Assembly (NCBI GenBank): GCA_965601925.1
Contig: OZ271854.1
Coordinates: forward strand, 4,224,001 to 4,288,000
Direction of reading: 5' to 3'
Length of the DNA: 64,000 nt
From: Alkalispirochaeta sp.
Lineage (GTDB): Bacteria; Spirochaetota; Spirochaetia; DSM-27196; Alkalispirochaetaceae
Position numbers and translations under genes: made by a program. Positions 59,318 to 64,000 of the stretch are shown here, piece after piece. How positions within the stretch are numbered: position 1 is the first letter of the stretch; the number at the start of each line of letters is the position of its first letter. Under the pieces are notes generated by a model that was not told the origin of the DNA, searched no databases, and worked only from the letters and a program-made list of their open reading frames with translations.

Positions 59318-59365
59318 CCATGTCTCCTTTTGCTTTATGCGCATAATTTTCCGGAAGCCTTATTT

Positions 59366-59407
59366 ATTATACTTGACAAAGTATAACGCCGTAGTTTCCT
59401 TTGTCAA
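59366..59407 (-). promoter_or_regulatory. sigma70 promoter of flaA with an overlapping palindrome
   Basis: Reverse complement TTGACA(59407-59402)-16-TATACT(59385-59380); TATACTT-gaca-AAGTATA inverted repeat at 59368-59385. Confidence 0.65.
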
Positions 59408-59868
59408 CGACCAAGATTCCCGAAACGCGGCGCGTTCGGTTCCTGTCCGTTGATTGTTATCGTGACATCTCGAAGCCAACGAAAGTTGTGCATCACATTG
59501 TATTTGAGAAGATCGAGCAGATCTTCGATGTTCTCCTCGGCAAACATGATCGACGGATCGAAATCAACGAAAAGCCGTCGGTCGTCGGTCACCACGACGC
59601 TACGGATCTCGGCGTTTTGCGGTATGAACGGCACCGCTCCGAGGCGTACCGGACCGAGAATCAACTCCTCGATAAAGAGATGGATCTGATCGCGCCGCGT
59701 ATCTCTGGCGGGAAGATGGTGCCACTCACTGTGCAACGCTCCACCGGCGGTATCGGGGAATCGCAACAGTCGTCGTTGCGATCTCTGGGGCACGAATAAA
59801 AACAAAAGCAAGCTTATGACCAAACTTGCGGCGAGTACTGAAGACACAATAACGGCCCGATTATTCAC
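59404..59868 (-). CDS. Membrane-anchored GerMN-like protein
   Basis: N-terminal TM; IEELILGP, LFVDF and VTITING pattern; overlaps the amidase stop. Confidence 0.6.
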   Translation of the reverse strand: MNNRAVIVSSVLAASLVISLLLFLFVPQRSQRRLLRFPDTAGGALHSEWHHLPARDTRRDQIHLFIEELILGPVRLGAVPFIPQNAEIRSVVVTDDRRLFVDFDPSIMFAEENIEDLLDLLKYNVMHNFRWLRDVTITINGQEPNAPRFGNLGR

Positions 59869-60886
59869 GACCCACCCCTTCGAAACTATGAACGAAATTC
59901 GTTACGCCAGTATATATACCCTCGGTAATCCGGTGCAAGTAATCGTCCTGCTCTAGTCGCAGAAACTCCTCGCGGCTGGTTACGAATCCAATTTCGACGA
60001 GAATCGACGGCATTTTCGCGTTCCGCACCACGTACCAACTCTCCTCGCGCAGACCCCGATTAGGAGAGACCGTTCCGATCGCACTATCGAGGCCCGAGAG
60101 CACGTTGCGCGCCAACAGGACGCTCTCCAGCGTGATCTCTTCTTCGCGCATCGTATTGAGAATCGACAGCAGGTCCGGATCGTTCACACCCACATCGTTG
60201 GCGTCGATAAGGTTGCGCCGCCGGAACTCGGGGGGTAGGAACCACACCTCGAATCCGCTTGCACGGCGATTCAGCGATGCGTTGGCGTGAAGGGAGACGA
60301 AAATGACCGACTCATTCGGCTCCACGTCGATTCGATTGGCACGTGCGGTACGCTCCTCCAGGGTGAGATATACGTCGGTGTTGCGCGACATCACGATCTC
60401 TTTGTCCGGATAGCGCTGCTCGAGCAAAGCTTGCAATCGCAGTCCGACGTCGAGGACGAGATCTTTTTCCTGTAGACGCCGTTCGTCGCCGTCAATGGAA
60501 TGGCTGCCGATCGCCCCGGGGTCGCGCCCCCCGTGCCCCGGATCGATGAAGACGGCGGCAATGCGACGCAGTTGCTCGCGCGGAGGGAATATGCGCACGG
60601 CGAGCGCCAGAAAACCGGCGTCAAAGACGAGAGTGCCGTCCGAACGTCGCGGCGCCGCGATGCGATGGATGCGCGCCAGATTCTCGACCGCGACGGTCTC
60701 ACCGACGCTGAAACTGAGCATACTCGAACCGCGCACCAAGGTACCCTGGGCGCGGTACGGGTCCCACTGCAATACGGAATCGGTGGAGGCGAGTATCTCT
60801 TCCAAATAGACGTCGCCGTCCTGGGCGTACACCGCAAGGCATATCACCACGGATAGGCAAAGCACAATGATTGTCGACCTGATCAC
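59861..60886 (-). CDS. N-acetylmuramoyl-L-alanine amidase (Amidase_3)
   Basis: Signal peptide; IDPGHGGRDPGA, EKD, FVSLHANA and MPSILVEIGFVT motifs. Confidence 0.92.
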   Translation of the reverse strand: MIRSTIIVLCLSVVICLAVYAQDGDVYLEEILASTDSVLQWDPYRAQGTLVRGSSMLSFSVGETVAVENLARIHRIAAPRRSDGTLVFDAGFLALAVRIFPPREQLRRIAAVFIDPGHGGRDPGAIGSHSIDGDERRLQEKDLVLDVGLRLQALLEQRYPDKEIVMSRNTDVYLTLEERTARANRIDVEPNESVIFVSLHANASLNRRASGFEVWFLPPEFRRRNLIDANDVGVNDPDLLSILNTMREEEITLESVLLARNVLSGLDSAIGTVSPNRGLREESWYVVRNAKMPSILVEIGFVTSREEFLRLEQDDYLHRITEGIYTGVTNFVHSFEGVGRE

Positions 60887-62520
60887 CTTCGTCGCCCCTT
60901 TTCCGCAATCGAATCGAACAGCCCTTCAACGAGCAGGTCGCGAAGATAGACGACACCTTGACGGCCGGCGGCGACAAAGGCTCGCCAGAAAACCGTGCCC
61001 AAGGCATCGTCTCCGCGACTCGGCTCGATCGTCCCCGACGCCGATAGACTCGCGAGAACCGCCGCCGCTTCTCCCACGGGTTGGAGTCGGATCAGATCTT
61101 CGCCCCACGGCCTCTCGGGCCCCGCGGAGACACGTACCGGAAGCGGTGCACCCCTCCGTACCCGGGCGGAAATCCGCGAAAGATCGCCGTAATAGGCGCT
61201 CGTCTCCATTCCGGCGGCATCGCGATCCTTCCACCGATAACGAGCGTACGGTCCTTGCGACGTTCCGAACAGAAACGCGTCGGTCGACGGATCGCCGGGA
61301 CGCAGTCGCACGTCTATTTTTTCCAAAAATTCGATCGCCGTACGCTCGGCCTCGTCCCTCGTATCCGCGCATGCGATAACGTTCGCCACCTTCTCGACAT
61401 TGTTGGTCGGCGGCGCCACGACGTCTCCGGCCGCGCGATGGACGAAGAGTTCCTCGACGCCGTCGGGGCGCGCATCGGGGATCGAGATACCCTCGATGCA
61501 TCCGGGCGCGGAAATCAACGCCCGTTCCACGGCAATACGGCTCCACCGTGGGCGGAACTCTTCGGTAGCGAGAGCTTCTCCCAAGGCCACGCGCAGGCCG
61601 AGGCGCGTCAGGCGCACCCCCGATGAGGCCGGATACGTCCACCCCGACATGAAACCGCCGGAAAGACGCGCCGCAATCTCGCCGACGACTCCCTCTGGCC
61701 GGCCCTTGTCGTCGGTGGTGAGAAATATGTCGCCTTTCGCCGCACCGTGATCGATACCGAGGGCGCGAATACCGGCGCGGAAGGTCTCTTCCAACGCCCC
61801 ACGATCGGCCTCATCGAGGGTCGCCGGAATCGTGTGGCCCAACTCGACGAACCACGGCTCGAAGTAGATGTGCCGCTCGGCGATACCGGTAATGATGATC
61901 TTACCGTGAAACACGATCGCATCGAGACTAAACTCGGATCCGCCGATGCGCTCCTCGATAATGACTCGTCCACTTCGCGAAATCGTGCGTGCCGCACTCA
62001 CGGCATCGACGAGAGACGCCCGATCGTCGGCACGCCGGACGCCGCGGGCGCCCATACTATCGACCGGTTTGCATACCAGCGGCAGACCGAACTCGGCGAC
62101 GATCTCCTCCAGAACCGAGGCCTCCTCTGAGACCGTAAGGGCGGACTCAATTACACGGAACCGCGGCACCCGCACTCCGGCGGCGGCGAGACGCGCGCGC
62201 ATGCGCCCCTTATCGGTCGCGTCCAGACTCGTCTCGAAGGGAATACCCGGAAGGCCCAACGCCTCGCTTATCCACGCCACGCTCGCCGAGAAGTCGGTTC
62301 CGGCGGTGAAGACGGCGTTCAGATTCCCGATGGTGCGCGCTTGTTCCAGAAGCGCGTCACGATCGCGCAGATCGATGTGGTAAAAGTGGTCGACGGAGGT
62401 TACGCCGCGACATCGGGCGTTTCCGTCGGCCATGTGCACCTCCAAATCGAGATCGCGGGCCTCGCGGATTGCGGGCATCTGCATCGTGCCGCCGCCGAGA
62501 ATAAGCACCGCTCGTTTCAT
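60883..62520 (-). CDS. ATP-grasp domain protein
   Basis: ILGGGTMQ, DKGRMR, KPVDSMGARGV, EERIGGSEFSLD and EIAARLSGG motifs. Confidence 0.85.
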   Translation of the reverse strand: MKRAVLILGGGTMQMPAIREARDLDLEVHMADGNARCRGVTSVDHFYHIDLRDRDALLEQARTIGNLNAVFTAGTDFSASVAWISEALGLPGIPFETSLDATDKGRMRARLAAAGVRVPRFRVIESALTVSEEASVLEEIVAEFGLPLVCKPVDSMGARGVRRADDRASLVDAVSAARTISRSGRVIIEERIGGSEFSLDAIVFHGKIIITGIAERHIYFEPWFVELGHTIPATLDEADRGALEETFRAGIRALGIDHGAAKGDIFLTTDDKGRPEGVVGEIAARLSGGFMSGWTYPASSGVRLTRLGLRVALGEALATEEFRPRWSRIAVERALISAPGCIEGISIPDARPDGVEELFVHRAAGDVVAPPTNNVEKVANVIACADTRDEAERTAIEFLEKIDVRLRPGDPSTDAFLFGTSQGPYARYRWKDRDAAGMETSAYYGDLSRISARVRRGAPLPVRVSAGPERPWGEDLIRLQPVGEAAAVLASLSASGTIEPSRGDDALGTVFWRAFVAAGRQGVVYLRDLLVEGLFDSIAEKGRRR

Positions 62521-64000
62521 CGGTCACGCTCCGCAACGACCTCGAAGGTGTCGCCCAAACCGAGGAGACGGGAGACGCCGCCCAACAGTGCTCGCCGCGC
62601 ACCGCGCCCCTGCTCACCTCTACCACCAAACGGAATACCGAAGCGCTCGGGGTGGTGACCGGTGACGTGAACGGCACGCACGGAAAATCCGGCGCGTTTG
62701 AGAACGGTGCGCGCCGACTGCGGGTCGAGAATCGTATAGTGGTCCTGAGGGCTGCGTCGAAAAAATTCACGGCGATTTCGTATGGCCGAGATACCGCGTC
62801 CGTTCGGAGTCGAGAACGAGAAAAGACCGCCGGGCCGCACGAGATCCGCAATGCGACGCAATAAACGATCGAGGTCGGGGAAGTGCTCGATGACGTACCA
62901 CATCGTTACGATGTCGAACGGAGCGCCGAAAACGGACGGATCGATCGTGAGGATGTCACCCTGAAACGCCGTGTGACCGAGCGTGTCGCGCACGTACGCA
63001 ACGGCCTCCTCGGAGATATCGATTCCCGTGACGAGGCAGCCGGTCTCCGTCGCAGCGCTAAGAAAAGGACCGTAGGCGCAGCCGATATCCAGCAGCCGCG
63101 GCGCGGTTTCCGTGCCCGACCGGTATCGCTTGAGCAACCGGGCCATACGATTCGTCCCCATATCCCGAATGTGATCGAAGTCCTCCAGGTACGTGCGCCC
63201 GTATTGATCACGATACTCCGAAAAAAAGTAGTCGTGATCGTACTCGGTCGCCTCTCCGCCGAACCGCTGCATGTAGACGAGGCCGTTGTGCGAGTCACGG
63301 AAAAATGTACGTTCGGCGAACCGTTCGAGCGCCGGCTGCCACCGCTCGCTACCGGTCGGCGTATCGAACCGTTCGGGACCGGCGAGGGCGTTAATCGCCG
63401 CGACGAGACTACTGCGACCCGTCGGTCTGATGCGTTCGCATCGCTCAACCACGCGCCCCGGCTGAGCCAAGAGTCTTACTACTCCCGCGGCGTTCCTCGC
63501 CTGAAGAAATCCGGCCGCAGCGGCGAGCCGACGATGGTACACCGTCGGGTTAAGCAGAACGACCGGCACTCGTGCCCAAAGCGCCTCGTACGCCGTCAAT
63601 CCGTAGTGCGTGATCACTACATCGTAGCGATGGAGCTTCTCGGCGAGATCACCGAGAGCGCGGAGACGCCGCACGCCCGGCGGCGTTTCCACGGCGTGGG
63701 GTGTCGCGATGGTGACCTCAAAACCTTCCGACGAGAGCCGCTTCACCACCTTATATGCGGAGTCCGAGACCGCTTCGCCGCCGGAGGCGACGAGAACGGT
63801 GTTGATACGCTCCGGCCAAGCGTCGCGAACCGCTTCGGGAAGGTGCAGGAGACCGATGTCGTGGAGATTCGGTCGCGCGAGTCCCGCCGGCGTCCGCAAC
63901 GTATCGATGAGGTACGAGCAATAGCGGCGCGCCTCGCCGGCGAGATCGATACCCACGACTAACCCGGCGGTATCGAGTTCCCGGAGCTCTTCCAACGTAG
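62517..64000 (-). CDS. Fusion of a glycosyltransferase-like region and a class I SAM methyltransferase; 5' end probably outside the window
   Basis: DVVITHYGLTAYEAL (GT-B/SpsG-like); LLDIGCAYGPFL, FDIVTMWYVIEHF and STPN; frame open at the right edge. Confidence 0.7.
   Translation of the reverse strand, partial: TLEELRELDTAGLVVGIDLAGEARRYCSYLIDTLRTPAGLARPNLHDIGLLHLPEAVRDAWPERINTVLVASGGEAVSDSAYKVVKRLSSEGFEVTIATPHAVETPPGVRRLRALGDLAEKLHRYDVVITHYGLTAYEALWARVPVVLLNPTVYHRRLAAAAGFLQARNAAGVVRLLAQPGRVVERCERIRPTGRSSLVAAINALAGPERFDTPTGSERWQPALERFAERTFFRDSHNGLVYMQRFGGEATEYDHDYFFSEYRDQYGRTYLEDFDHIRDMGTNRMARLLKRYRSGTETAPRLLDIGCAYGPFLSAATETGCLVTGIDISEEAVAYVRDTLGHTAFQGDILTIDPSVFGAPFDIVTMWYVIEHFPDLDRLLRRIADLVRPGGLFSFSTPNGRGISAIRNRREFFRRSPQDHYTILDPQSARTVLKRAGFSVRAVHVTGHHPERFGIPFGGRGEQGRGARRALLGGVSRLLGLGDTFEVVAERDR

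Overview
GC-rich chromosomal segment of a spirochaete (flaA-cheA-cheW/R-cheX-cheY cluster, spirochaete-type EF-G2, PilZ protein; family-level identity is inference). Most of the window is housekeeping or metabolic: MFS, two MCPs, GlcD-like oxidoreductase, fused trehalose-6P synthase/phosphatase, MlaEFD, phosphohexomutase, UvrD/Rep, two EF-G paralogues, citrate synthase, trmB, mfd, mscS, and three tRNAs (Ile2-CAT, Asn-GTT, Val-GAC). Two accessory loci stand out. (1) A ~7.9 kb, visibly more AT-rich island is integrated at the 3' end of tRNA-CAT (13-bp att repeat at 1774-1786 and 9687-9699). Its probable integrase is cut off by an intact-looking IS3-family element, and it carries a translationally coupled operon of amino-DNA methyltransferase, SIR2-like protein and DUF262 protein, a candidate undescribed anti-phage system. 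(2) An orphan endolysin-like amidase is followed by two fully nested, same-strand coiled-coil membrane ORFs that resemble an Rz/Rz1 spanin pair but lack a lipoprotein. All calls come from reading motifs by eye; no database search was run.
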